Shown: piece after piece, positions 23,773 through 35,829 of the stretch
Layout of the letters: each line of letters opens with the position of its first letter
How positions within the stretch are numbered: the stretch's first letter is position 1
Source of the DNA: Mobula birostris
Taxonomy: Eukaryota
Direction of reading: 5' to 3'
DNA length: 64,000 nucleotides
NCBI RefSeq assembly: GCF_030028105.1
Contig: NC_092399.1
Location: 28,168,881-28,232,880 of the forward strand
Translations under genes and position numbers: made by a program
Notes under the pieces: generated by a model
What the model was told of the DNA's origin: nothing
The model's input: only the letters and a program-made list of their open reading frames with translations
The model's database searches: none

Positions 23773-26046
23773 CGCTCAGTCAAATTATGCCAGAATCCAT
23801 CACAAGGAAGGTATAATGGAGCAACGTAACTTGAATTTTGCATCGACCAGTCATACACTGTCAGACAAGCAATAGTACAGATCCCCAACCATACCTGGAG
23901 TTTTGCTTCAAAAATGAATCTTCGTAATGCGCTCATGAATTCAGTTGATTAGTTGGAGGAAGGCCACAGCCAATGTGTGTACAGCCCCAGTGAGATGAAC
24001 CATCTGCTGAAGGGTTCAGAGAAGTAAGACCTTTGTGTAAAGTGTCAGATGGCTGAAGGAGCAGCTTCTTGAAAAAGAGTAGGCAGGACTGATTCATGGA
24101 AGCATGCTGCCAGGAGAGGTAGCAGAAGCTCATACAGCAGCAACATTTAAAAACACAGGAGGCTCTGCAGATGCTTAAGATCCAGAGTAACCCACACAAA
24201 ACGCTGGAGGAATGCAGCAGGTCAGGTGCCATCCATGGAGAGGAATAAACAGTGGACGTTTCAGGCCACAGTATTAGACATACCCAAGCAAGCAGAGAAT
24301 GAGGGATACTTATGCATGGGCTGAGCTTGGTTGGTATCATTGTAGGCATAGACATGGTGGGCCAAAGACCTATTCCTGTGCTTTCCTGTTCTATGTAAGT
24401 TATTCCTATCAGCTGGAGCAGTGGGAGAGAGGAAGGGGATTTCAGATGTTAGTCTAACTTTTATTGTTGTGCTCCATTCACCTCTCAAGTTGGTAAATAC
24501 TAATCACAGAAGCAGAACTCCTCCTTGGAGGTAAAAGTGTGATGATAGGAATTGATGGGAATGTAGGGAGAAAAAGAAAATGGAATTAGTGCCAAGGGCT
24601 GCTCGATGGCTGGCCTGTTTGTTTTATATAACTCTTATACACAGGAATTATACCTTGGTATGTGCATCCGTTACAGAGAATGATTGATCCATAACCAACC
24701 ATTTCAAGGCAGGCGATGCCAGTCAAACTTCCAGTGACGTATTCTGAGAGCTGCTGTAACCACATTCAACCCCAGCAAACAAAATCAGAACGCAGGAATA
24801 ACTCATCTGATGGAAGAAGTTGGGTAAGGGAGAGGGGTGCAGAGGCTGGGAGGTGAGCGGAGGGTTTGGGGTATGTGGAAAAGGGATCAGAGCAGGTGTG
24901 TGAGAAATGGAGGAATATAGTCTGCTCTGACCGACTGCCTGCGATGTGCTGAACAAAGGGTGGGCATGCATTTTGTACAGTACCTGAAATCTGTCCTTTA
25001 TGGTCACCTCAAGTTTCCTGTTGCATGTCATTTTAACTCACTTTTCCACTCCCGCATTGACTTGCCTGTCCTTGGCCTTCACCACCACTACAGGAAAGCC
25101 AAGTACAAACTGGAAGAACAAGATGCCATATTCTCTTTAGGTATCTTTACAACCTAATGGTCGGAACACTAAAATACCCAATTTGTTAATTATGGTAATT
25201 CAGAAAATGACTTAGATTACTTGACAACATTTCGATCTAGTGGTTAAACATGGAAGTGGAGTAGCAAATTGAAGGTAAATTTACTTTTGATGATGATGTG
25301 AAGTGTGTACTAATTATAATAGCAGGACCGTATTTTAATCTGCAGTGAATTGAAAAATTGTGTAATCATCCAAACTACTTCTAGATACTTAGAGCATCAC
25401 AATTGTATGGCAGTTAGCATAACATTATTACAGTGCCTGTGATACGGGTTCAGTTCTGCCGCTGTCAGGAGTCTGTTTGTTCTCCCCATGTCTGTAAAGG
25501 TTTCCTCTGGATGATCCAGTTTCCTCCAAAATTCCAAAGACATACGTAATTAGGCAGCTGGACTCATTGCGCAGGAAGGGCCTGTTAGCATGCTGTATCT
25601 CTAAATAAAATAAACAAATATTCAATTCAATTCAAGTTTAATTGTCATTCTACCATACATGGATACCCATGAATACAGCCAAATGAGACAACGTTACTGT
25701 AGAGTCAAGGTACAAAACACAGTACCAACAGTCATACACGGCACAAAGCACACATAGCACATGTAAGATAGCAAGCAGAAATAGTATCACAATCACACAA
25801 TAAAAGATTTGCAACATCAATCTGCAGTTAACCAGAATAAAGCTGGTATTCTGCCGAGCAATCACAGGGGTGGGGGGTTAGCGGCACTGACTCCAGCCTG
25901 GATGCTGTGCCATACACTGGCTCTGATGCCTGATTCTGATTCTGACTCTGACTAAGGTATCTTATAACCAAAGGTTATATTTCAGAGCACAAAGATACTC
26001 CATGAGTGACAAATTTATTACAAAACCATATGACCTCCCTGCTCAC

Positions 26047-26169
26047 CTTTGTATTGTTGGTGTGGCAGCTGTTTGGGAGAACAATCGTCCACTTGTGCTG
26101 ATTTCAGGTTCAAGTACAACACAAAGGAAAATACTGTTCAGTTGAATTATTCTGTGATCTATCTGCGCC
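26047..26169 (-). CDS. Candidate host-gene exon (123 nt, phase 2-2): AQIDHRIIQLNSIFLCVVLEPEISTSGRLFSQTAATPTIQ
   Basis: Acceptor TTTATCTGCACAG, donor AAG|GTGAGC, single open frame, non-repeat sequence. Confidence 0.35.
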
Positions 26170-26959
26170 CTGTGCAGATAAATGATCATCTTTATCTAGC
26201 TGGTGATAAAAATTTAAAAAAGCATTTAGAGTGAGATCACGACTAATGTCACCTTTAAGAGATCTTACATAGGTTTCTATACTACATAATACGGTGGGGA
26301 AGCACCCTTCCTCATTATCCCTGGCATCTGAAGGGTTAGCAATATTTATCAGATAACCAATGTTTTTACAAAACTATTCCAGTCAGCTTCCTGTGGAAAG
26401 GAGTCAATGGATATAACACCACATTTATTGTCAGAAACATTTGATATATAATACCTAGTCCTCTCATTATTCAAATGGGATTGTATCTGCATCCATATAT
26501 AATGCTCCAGGCATATCATGAACTGACAGTCCTAGCAGCTCATCTTTATCACTGTGTTTAATTTCTGCAGCATTTAAATAATTATTTTGATGTCTTTATC
26601 ATGAAACGTAGAACCAGAAATAAAAATCAGCAGTTTGATGCTACAACAGTCTGTCGTTACAGGAGTTTGAATGACTTCAGTAACAGTAGCTGCAGAGAAT
26701 GTAAAATACTACGAGGAATATTAATCATTTTCATAAAGTGACAATATTGCAATCTTCACTAAGTGTTAATACTTTTATGGGTTGTTTATAATGTGAGGAG
26801 AGATTTATTGGTTTCAAAGACACAGGAAGTACTGAATTAGAATCTCGTCAAATAGAGCAATTAAAAAGAACAAACACACATTTGCTGGCAGTTGAATGAG
26901 CCTTGTGGAGACCAGAGCAGTAGATGGTAACAAGTCTGTAGTCAGAGAAGCTGGTCATT

Positions 26960-27360
26960 TATGAATTGGTTTATTATTGTCACCTGTACCAAGGTATAGC
27001 GAAAAGTTTTTTTGCATGCCATCAGTACAAATCATTACATCACATTAGTGCATTGAGGTACTACATTTGTACAAGGGAAAAGCAATCACTGAATGCAGAA
27101 TAAAGTGTTGCAGAGAAAGTGTGGTGCAGACAATAAGGTACCTGGCCATGTTAAGGTAGATTGTGAGTACATGAATCTGTGTATCTTATTGTGCAAGAGC
27201 TCTGTTCCAATCTGGTAACAACGGGAAAGAAGTTGTCCTTGAGGTTGGTGGTATGCGATTTCAGGATTTTGAATCTTCTGCCCGATGGAAGGATGTTTAG
27301 AGTGGGAAGGGTCTTTGATTGCGTTGGCTGCTTTCCTGAGGTAGCAAGAAGTGTAACAGA
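26960..27360 (-). mobile_element. Degenerate Rex1/Babar 3' end
   Basis: Reverse complement of the LPSGRR..KNSF region plus tail. Confidence 0.65.
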
Positions 27361-27506
27361 TTAGGCTAGGATGCTTTCTTTGGAATCTTGTAGAGACTCC
27401 ATAAGATCACGATCCATCATGCTTCTTCCCCCCTCCTCCCTCACTCTTTCAGCACAAAGAACAGCAGGTGACCAAAATATAACTTTAATGGTTACTTTTA
27501 TGTTCT

Positions 27507-27805
27507 GCCCATCACCTGCTGTCATTTAGGGCAGCAATGAAGGGCCTCGATCTCTGACTGTATAGAAAGATTCCTCATTGTTGTTTCTGTAACAATTGCT
27601 TTTTGACCAATCAGTGTTTTTAGCCCTGAGCTGAAACCGTGAACCTGAAGGACCGGTGATCCACACTTAGTCTGGCCTCTACCCTTTAACCTGTTTGGTA
27701 TGGGCCAAAGCACAAGGCCCTCACTCCAGCCAACATAGCTCATGGATCATTGAGGCATGCAAGCCTCCAAACCCCACGGCAAGGTTGTGGTCTTCTTGGA
27801 GGATC
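27507..27805 (-). mobile_element. Bipartite RTE/BovB-type non-autonomous element (family B)
   Basis: 5' end GACCACAACCTTGCCGTGG..GGCTTGCATGCCTCAATGA..GAGCTATG resembles the BovB 5' end; copies at 31248-31650 and 56845-57262. Confidence 0.65.
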
Positions 27806-28065
27806 TTTAATAGTTATAATTGCAAAATTTACTTCAATACTTTACGTTGCAGAGATTGACATATTTACAATGGGAGAATATCTTAACTGACAAGATCTTA
27901 AGACAAAATATTTCATATCAATATACTGAAGTATTGCCTAACTATTTTGACAATATTGTAACATATTACTGAAATCTTCTGAAGGTCACAGGATTGTGAG
28001 GGTTTCTCCTTGGGTACACAAACACACAACATATCCATTACTGAAAAACGTAACTATCACTATAC

Positions 28066-28858
28066 TAAGATGGCGCTAAAAAGCGACTCCTTTACTTGCA
28101 TCTTCAGAAACAGCTCTATTTCCATCTTTAATATTTTTATTTTTTCCTTTCAGGTTTCTTTTGAAGACTCTAACCTGAATTTGCACGCTGACTTCAGTTC
28201 TTTGCGGGAATGGGACCTGTTCTCGGGGTTTTAGGACCAACCGTTGTTCGGCACGCCAAGTGTTCAGCCTGAGAGGTGGCCTAGTGTTTGGAAGCCTAAG
28301 ATCTCGGAGCTCTGGAGATGGGCAGATCGAGGGTCGGTGTTATGGCAGTAGACTCGTGTCAGCAGGGAGGCCAGAAAATCTTTCACTGTGGGCCCGAAGA
28401 CCCGAGATCTTTGTGATCTTTGGGCACAGAGCTCATAAAAAGAGACAAAGTGGTCTTTTTAGCATCGTAAACCAGCGGGTTGTTGTTATGTCTCCCGCTC
28501 ACTGTGAAGATGGGGGACACCTCCCTCTCCCTTATTAGGGAGAGAGGGAACCTGTGGGTTGCTGAATGCTGGATGAATTGTGACAGTCTTTGGGGTAACT
28601 GCAAGGTCTGTGTCTTTGCTATCGCTTAGCTCATGCTTGTGCTCGATGGCGGGTGTGCTTTTTGTTTTGCCAGTGCTGGGAGGGGGGATTGCTGCTTCTG
28701 CACGGGAGGGGTAGCAGGGGGCATTTGGGGCTCTCACATTTAACTGTCGTTCATTCTTTGGGGCACTTCTCTGTTTTCATGGATGTTTTGCAAAGAAAAA
28801 GCATTTCAGGATGTATATTGTATACATTTCTCTGACATGAAATTGAACCTTTGAACCT
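28066..28858 (+). mobile_element. ~790-bp non-coding retroposon with AAGATGGCG head
   Basis: Starts AAGATGGCG and ends AAATTGAACCTTTGAACC; no credible ORF. Confidence 0.55.
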
Positions 28859-28869
28859 TCAACTAGCAA

Positions 28870-29840
28870 AATTGCCGTAGGGAAACTCTTTTGAGCCCTG
28901 TCACAATGGTGCAATTGGCAAGTTTAAACTGAGCAGGCAGGGGAACTAAGCACAGAGTAGCTGTTCAGATGGGGAGGTACAGGCACCTGCAGGAGAAGCA
29001 GTCGAGGAAGTCAATGCACATCCAGTGCAATGAATAGAACTAATAAATGACCTCAAATGAAACTAATGAAACCAATAGATGAACTCAAAGCTTTATTTTA
29101 ACACAAGGGTTACAATATTGTTGCCATCACTTAGAAATGGTTGAAGGATCATCTGGACTAACATCTCACTGTCTTGAGAGGGGGGATGTGGGGAGAGGGA
29201 GGCAAGAGAAGGAGGAAGGAGGGGGGTAAAATGAGAGACATTGTTCTGGTAGTCAAAGGTTGCATTGCTTCTGTGTAAGGGAGGATCTCCGAGAAGACCC
29301 AATCTTCGATGCGTCTAGGAGAGCCCTTTGACACATTATGTTGATTGACCAGTGGGGGAAGGAGCTTCACTGGACCGTACCTTAGGGAATGCAGCTGGAC
29401 GAATGCATAATCATTTTGGATGATGTCCATATTCATATATTTTAATGTGGTTTTGGAAAAGTATAAAGATGGACCTGTGATAAAGGTTTTAAACTTGAAA
29501 TTAGTCCAACTTCATTAACGTAAGGAAAGATCTGGTCAAAGTAGGATTGGGAGCGTCTTCCTGCAGTTAAGTCTAAATTTCACAGTGCGAAACATTCAAA
29601 GCAGAAATAGCCAGATTGACCAATATGTTTCAAGTACAGGGAGCCCAGGATTTGATGTTAAGGTTGATACTGAGGAAAAGAAAGGTATAGTAGATATGGG
29701 GAATTATTGAAGGAAGAGACCAGTCAAGATTTTAAGAAGAAAACGGTAGTGCTCAGAAAGAAAATTAGGAAGGCTAAGAAGGGTTATGAAAAAGATTACT
29801 GGCAGATGGAATTAGGGTAATTAAGAAGGCATTCTTTAAG
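28870..29840 (+). mobile_element. Highly degenerate CR1 ORF2 N-terminal region
   Basis: ATTGTTGCCATCACTTAGAAATGGTTG (IVAITETWL-like) and downstream CR1-like sequence. Confidence 0.5.
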
Positions 29841-29842
29841 TA

Positions 29843-30428
29843 CACACAGTGGCTGTTTTATTAGGTATCTTCTTTTCAAGGTTTGATGTGTTGTCTGTTT
29901 AGAGATGCTCTTCTGCACACAACTATTGTAATGCATGGTTATTTGAGACATCGTTGCCTTCCTGACAGCTTGAACCAGTCTGGTCATTCTCCTCTAAACT
30001 CTCTCATGAGCAGGACATTCTCACCCACAGAACTGCTGTTCACTTTATGTTCTTTTTTGTTTCTTGCACAATTCTCTGTAATCTAGAGACTGTTGTGTGT
30101 GACAATCTCAGGAAGTCAGCAGTTTCCGAGATACACAAAACACCCCGTCTGTCATCAGCAATCATTCCACAGTCAAAGTCACTTAGATCATATTTCTTCT
30201 CCATTCTGATGTTTGGTCTGAGGAACAACTGAACCTCTTGTCCATGTCAGCATGCTTTTTAAAGTTCGAAGTTTATTATCAAAGAACATATATGTCATCA
30301 TATACATCCCTTAGATTCATTTTCTTGTGGGTGTTTATGCATTGAGTTGCTGCCAAATGATTAACTGACTAGATAATTGCATTAACAAGCAGATGTACAA
30401 GTGTACCTAATAAAGTGGCCAGTGAGTG
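29843..30428 (-). mobile_element. Non-autonomous Tc1 DNA transposon
   Basis: TA-flanked TIRs CAC.CAGTGGC..TTTATTAGGTA / TACCTAATAAAGTGGCCAGTGAGTG; 'DLSDFDCGMI..ISETADFL..SHTTVSR' Tc1 N-terminal HTH. Confidence 0.85.
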
Positions 30429-30497
30429 TATATATCCTGCAGCTTTGAGAAAATAACCACCTTAGTTTGCTTCTATAGAAAGGGAAAACATGTCTAC

Positions 30498-30569
30498 CTT
30501 TCTATCCAGCTCTTCTTGAAGTCGATTATGATCTTCCTGAATTAAGAATGCTTGTAGTTTTGAGACCAT
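30498..30569 (-). CDS. Candidate host-gene exon (72 nt, phase 0-0): MVSKLQAFLIQEDHNRLQEELDRK
   Basis: Acceptor TTTCTAACTTTCCAG, donor AAG|GTAGAC, only one open frame, coiled-coil-like, phase matches 40807-40894. Confidence 0.5.
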
Positions 30570-31247
30570 CTGGAAAGTTAGAAACTTGACTTGCATTACT
30601 CAAGTCCATATCATTAATATATCATCATTCTATACATTAATATATACGTTAACAAGAACACTGTCCCTGTTTCTATGATTTTGATTTCCCTCACTCAGGC
30701 AGTTCTTTAGTCAGTATTTGCACAGATCCTTTTATTTAATGAGCTTTTCATCTTGACGCCAGCACATTATTAAACACCTGCATCAACCTTATTCCCTTCA
30801 TTGGTCCTCTGGCACCTTAATCAAAAAAGTACCAAAATTAATTACACAATTTGTCTTTAATAAATCCATGCACCTTTCTCCAATCAACCTGTGCCTCTCT
30901 GTGTGATTACTAATTCATGCCCTGAATACAATTTTAAAAAATTGGCATTTCACTGTAAACTGATGGAGTTGCACCCTCTTTTGAAAAGAAGAGAAACATT
31001 TAAAATTCTCCAGCTTTCAGGCACCATCAAGGTGATTGAAAGATTAAGGTTGATATTTTTTAAATTTCCAGCCTTCGTTCCCCGAGCAAATTTAGGTACA
31101 ACTCATCTGGACCATATGATCTATCCACTTCTAGTGCAGGAAGCCTGTCACATCTTTATCAATTTTAGCCCATCTACTATCTCACCTACATCATCCTTTG
31201 GTGGGAAACCATCAGTGTCTACTTTTGTTGGCATTGTAAAACTTACC

Positions 31248-31650
31248 TACTGTCCGTTACGCTGTTGGCATTTAGGAGCAGTAATGAGGGTCCTCCATCT
31301 CTGGTAGTGTTCAGAGCTTCCTTCGCAAGTCAGTAGCTTCCTCTTGGTTTTTACTGCTGTCAATCATGTAAGTCCTGGGTGGAGACTCAGGAATACCGTT
31401 GCACACTCAGATGTAGAAAGATTCTTCATTGCTGTTTCCACAACAATCTTGTTTTACCATTCAGGGTTGTTAATGCTGAGCTGAACCTTCAAAACTGGAG
31501 GACCAGTGGACCACTCTTAGTCTGGGTCTACTCATTGAACTGTTTAACATGGCTGACCCTACCAGTCATCAAAGCGTAAAGACCTGGCTCCAGTCAACGT
31601 AGCTCTCTGGGCCATTGAGGCACACAAACCTCAAAATCATGCGGTACAAA
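31248..31650 (-). mobile_element. RTE/BovB-type family B element
   Basis: Colinear with 56845-57262. Confidence 0.7.
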
Positions 31651-31654
31651 ATGC

Positions 31655-32830
31655 CATCTCTCTCTCTGAGTTCCTCTGTCTCTGCTGCACCCGCTGTCAG
31701 GATGAGGGATTTCATTCCAAAATGCAGGAGGTGTCCTCCTTCTTCAAAGAAAGCGTCTTTCCTTCCTCCACCATCAACGATGCCCTCAACCGCGTCTCTT
31801 TCACTTCACCCATGTCAGCCCTGATCCCATCCTCCCACCGCCCCTACAACTGATAGGGTTCCTCTTGCCCTCACCTACCACTTCACCAGCCTCTGCGTCC
31901 AGCACATAATTCTCCGTAACTTCCAACAAGCACATATTTCCCTCCCCACCACCCCCACTTTCTGCTTTCCTCAGGGATCGCTCCCTACGCTACTCCCTTG
32001 TCCATTCCAATCTCCACACTTATCTCTCTCCTGGCACTTATCCTAGTAAGCAAAACAATTGCTACACATGCCCCTACACTTCTTCCCTTACTACCATTCA
32101 GGGCCCCAAACAGTCCTTCCAGCTGAGGCGACACTTCACCTGTAAGTCTGTTGGGGTCATCTATTATATCCAGTGCTCCCAATGTGGCCTCCTGTATATT
32201 GGTGAAACCTGACGTAGATTGGGAGACCACCTTCTCCGAGCACCTATGCTCCGTCCATCAGAAGAAGTGGGATCTCCCAGTGGCCATCCATTTTAATTCC
32301 ACTTCCCGTTCCCATTGCACCGTGTGCATCCATGGCACCCTTTAGTGTCGCAATGGGGCCACACTCAAGTTGGAGAAGCAACATTTTATGTTCTGTCTTG
32401 GTAACCTCCAAAACCTGATTCCATGAAAATTAATTTCTCGAACATCGGTAATGCCCCCCCACCACCACCTTCTCTATACCCCACCTCTTATCCCTCTCTT
32501 ACCTTATCTCCTTGCTTGCCCATCACCTCCCTCTGGTACTCCTTCCCCTTCTTCTTTCTTCCATGGCCTTCTGTCCTTTCCTATTATATTCCCCCTATCC
32601 AGCCCTGGATCTCTTTCACCAATCAATTTCCCAGCTCTTTACTCCCCCCTCCCCTCCCCAGTTTCACCTCTCACCTTGTGTTTCTCCCTCCCCTCCCCTC
32701 ACTTTCTAGCTCTGACTCTTCATCTTTTTTCCTCCAGTCTTGCTGAAGTGTCTCGGCCTTAAAGTGTCAACCGTACTCTTTTCCACAGATGCTGCTCGGC
32801 TGCTGAGTTCCTCCAGCATTTTCCGTGTGT
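31655..32830 (+). mobile_element. Penelope-like element fragment (RT C-terminus, GIY-YIG, pLTR)
   Basis: Colinear with the reverse complement of 54300-55550; GTCATCTAT..TGTGGCCTCCTGTATATTGGTGAAACC (VIY..CGLLYIGET). Confidence 0.85.
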
Positions 32831-32986
32831 TCCTCCAAAGAACAACAAGGTTGTGGATCTGTTGGAAGTATGGCACTGTGAAATCCTCATTTGACATCTC
32901 AGACATGCCCCCTTCCTCAATCAACTTTTCTGCCTAATTGACCCCACTCCTTTTTCCACTGGCTGTTTATATGTTTGTTGAAGGTG

Positions 32987-35018
32987 CTCTGGATTCTGGT
33001 TAATTAGGGCACATTGGGTCCAGTACACTTAGACTTAATTAAGTGGCTGTCTCCATTAGCCAAAGTTTCAAGGAAATAGTTAAAAAGGTATAAAAAGGAA
33101 AAACTACTGTTTAGCTGAGTAACAAATTATGTATTTAAATGAAAAACAAAACAAATTAAAATACTATCAATACTTTATCAGTACAATAAAACGGTGTATT
33201 AGTTCCTAACAGTTATTGATGGATAATTCATTCAGTTGTATTTTGCCACTGTTCTTTAGATTGACTGTAAATGAACAATATCAGCACAGACACCTAGTGC
33301 AGATAATGGACTGCGTTCAAACAATCCTTTTGACAATTGCATCCTCCAAAACTACATTTTCATTGTAACCTTCCTGTAAGCAGGCAGTGCATTCAGTCGC
33401 AGCAGCGTTTACAAGGTCAACCAAAGGTTTTAGTGTCTTTTTTTAAAACATACTTTTGCAATCGCAAGACCCTGCTGGATATTAAGAACTTTAAGTTCTG
33501 CAGGTGGATCCCATGAGGAGTTGCTCAGTAGTGGTGAAACTGAAGGAGCTGGACTTGGTGCAGATCGTGCTGCCGCGTGCGTCGGAGAGTTGGTTTACAG
33601 TGCGTGAAGTTGGTTTGCAGTCGTAGTCACTTGTGATCACTACACACTGTTGGACGTTGTTAATGTGGAATGCCGCAAGTCTGATTCACTACCCGATGGC
33701 GGGTAATGCATGGCCTCAAGCCTCCCAGGAGAGAGGCTTTGGAGTTAGTGCAGGAGGCAGTTTGATCTCAGGCTGGAGTTAGTGCCGTCCCCCAGTGTCT
33801 GCTTGGCAGAAGTCTGCCTCAACATTCATGGACTCACGGTCTTGGACTATATTTTTCCGTGTGACTGTAACTTACTGATACCTTATACGTGTTTGCTGCC
33901 TTTTATGTGCCTTGTCCTGTGTTTTGCACATTGGTCCCAGAGTAACACTGTTTCATTTGGCTCTATTCATGGATATTCATGTGTGGTTGAATATCTATTA
34001 AACTTGAACAATCAATTGTGAACCTCCAAGATTATTGTTGATACCTTCAAATTCTAACTTGCTGAAGTAACACTGAGTCTGTCTACAAGAAGGGGCAGAG
34101 CCGTCTCTATTTCCTGAGGAGACCGAGGTCCTTTAACATCTGTCAGACGATGCTGAGGATGTTCTACGAGTCTGTGGTGCGATCATGTTTGCTGTTGTGT
34201 GCTGGGGCAGCAGGCTGAGGGTAGCAGATACCAACAGAATCAACAAACTCATTTATAAGGCCAGTGATGTTCTGCAGAAGGAACTGGACTCTCTGACGGT
34301 GGTGTCTGAAAAGAGGATGCTGTCCAAGTTGCATGCCATCTTGGACAATGTCTCCCATCCACTACATAATGTACTGGTTGGGCACAGGAGTACATTCAGC
34401 CAGAGACTCATTCCACTGAGATGCAACACAGAGCGTCATCGGAAGTCATTCCTGCCTGTGGCCATCAAACTTTACAACTCCCCTCCCTTGGAGGATCAGA
34501 CACCTTGAGCCGATAGGCTGGTCCTGGACTTATTTCCTGGCATAATTTACATATTATTATTTAATTATTCATGGTGCAACTGTAACGAAAACCAATTTCC
34601 CCTGGGATCAATAAAGTATGACTATGACTATTGAAATCATTTCTTTTTCACTCCTGGCTGTTTCTAGCATCTCCAAGACTAAATGCTTGAAACTGCAGTG
34701 AACAAAACGGTTCTGAATTGTCTTTCTGCTTATTTCTCACCAACTATCAATGACAAAGATCACTACACTTTGAACACAAACACACACAACTTATGCTATT
34801 TAAAAACAGTGTATCATCTAATAGCCACACAAGTGCATGTGAGTGATGCCAGTTAGAAACTGTTTGGCAACTGTCTCCTGCCCCAAATAAGCAGCATAAT
34901 GTCCCAAATAAATGAAGGGAATCATGTCTGTTTCTTGATTAGTTTTTGTTCTTTAAGAGTTGTGCCAAATAAGTGGCTGTCCCGATTAACTGATGGCCCA
35001 ATGAACTGGAATCCACTG
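32987..35018. mobile_element. Tigger/pogo-like non-autonomous DNA transposon with nested inserts
   Basis: Degenerate TIRs CTGGATTCTGGTTAATTAGGGC / GGCCCAATGAACTGGAATCCACTG; nested unclassified element ~33375-34022 and Rex1 34070-34632. Confidence 0.6.
34070..34632 (+). mobile_element. Rex1/Babar LINE 3' fragment
   Basis: 'ILDNVSHPLH..CNTERHRKSFLPVAIKLYN'; tail GGGATCAATAAAGTATGACTATGACTA. Confidence 0.85.
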
Positions 35019-35766
35019 CATTTGGATTCCTCTTTATTGAAAGTGGAGCTAGATACACTTATAAAGATATGGGAATTGAGGGCTATGAGAAACTGATGTA
35101 GAAGAGGCATTGTTGCCTGCAAAGATCAGCCATAATTATTTTGAATGGTGGGACAGGTTTGAGGGATCTGGTGGCCTTCTCCCGTTTCGTGCTCCTGCTA
35201 AATTTTCCTCATGCTCTTTTAACTTTAATTACTTCCTTTCTTGAATCTCCCATCTGATTTTATAATCAGGTACCTGTTATCAATCATATACCCCTTTATT
35301 GTGCTTTATTTTCCTCTTCATCATTATGGTCCTTCAGTGAGTTCTGGACTTTAATTCCTTATTTATTCTCCCTTGTGGAATGTACCTAGGCTGTACTTGG
35401 ACACATCTCCATCAATGGCTCCCACTTCCCAATTACAAACTGGCCTTATAATCTGTGTCCTTACTTTTACATGGGCTCAAATGGCCCTCATCAAACCAGT
35501 TATAGAGCTGTCCAGATCTTTTTTCCAAATATGTTGCTCAGTATACTGTAGAGAGCTCACCACTGCTTTAGAATTTGCTATGAGATCCATGAATCCTACT
35601 CAACTGAATGTTGGGAAACTTTTCTTTATTTGGCCGTTCTATTGCCGTTGAGGATCTTGGTGCAACGTGGTTGTTGGCTTTTTGTTATGTCCATACTAAG
35701 AGATCAAATGTGGTGCATGTTTAATGTTTTGTCTTAGAAATGGCACTTCTTAAGCATACCTGAATT

Positions 35767-35781
35767 TGTGTGTGTGTGTGT

Positions 35782-35827
<46 letters not shown>
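35767..35827. repeat. (GT)n microsatellite
   Basis: Directly visible. Confidence 0.95.

Positions 35828-35829
<2 letters not shown>

Noticed and set aside
23895-24070. Minus-strand donor CAG|GTATGG after MSALRRFIFEAKLQ
   Set aside because: No acceptor gives an open frame, and there is no evidence for a first exon
27720-27805. HDV-like ribozyme at the RTE family B 5' end
   Set aside because: Could not build P2/P1.1 by eye; needs an Infernal/RNArobo search
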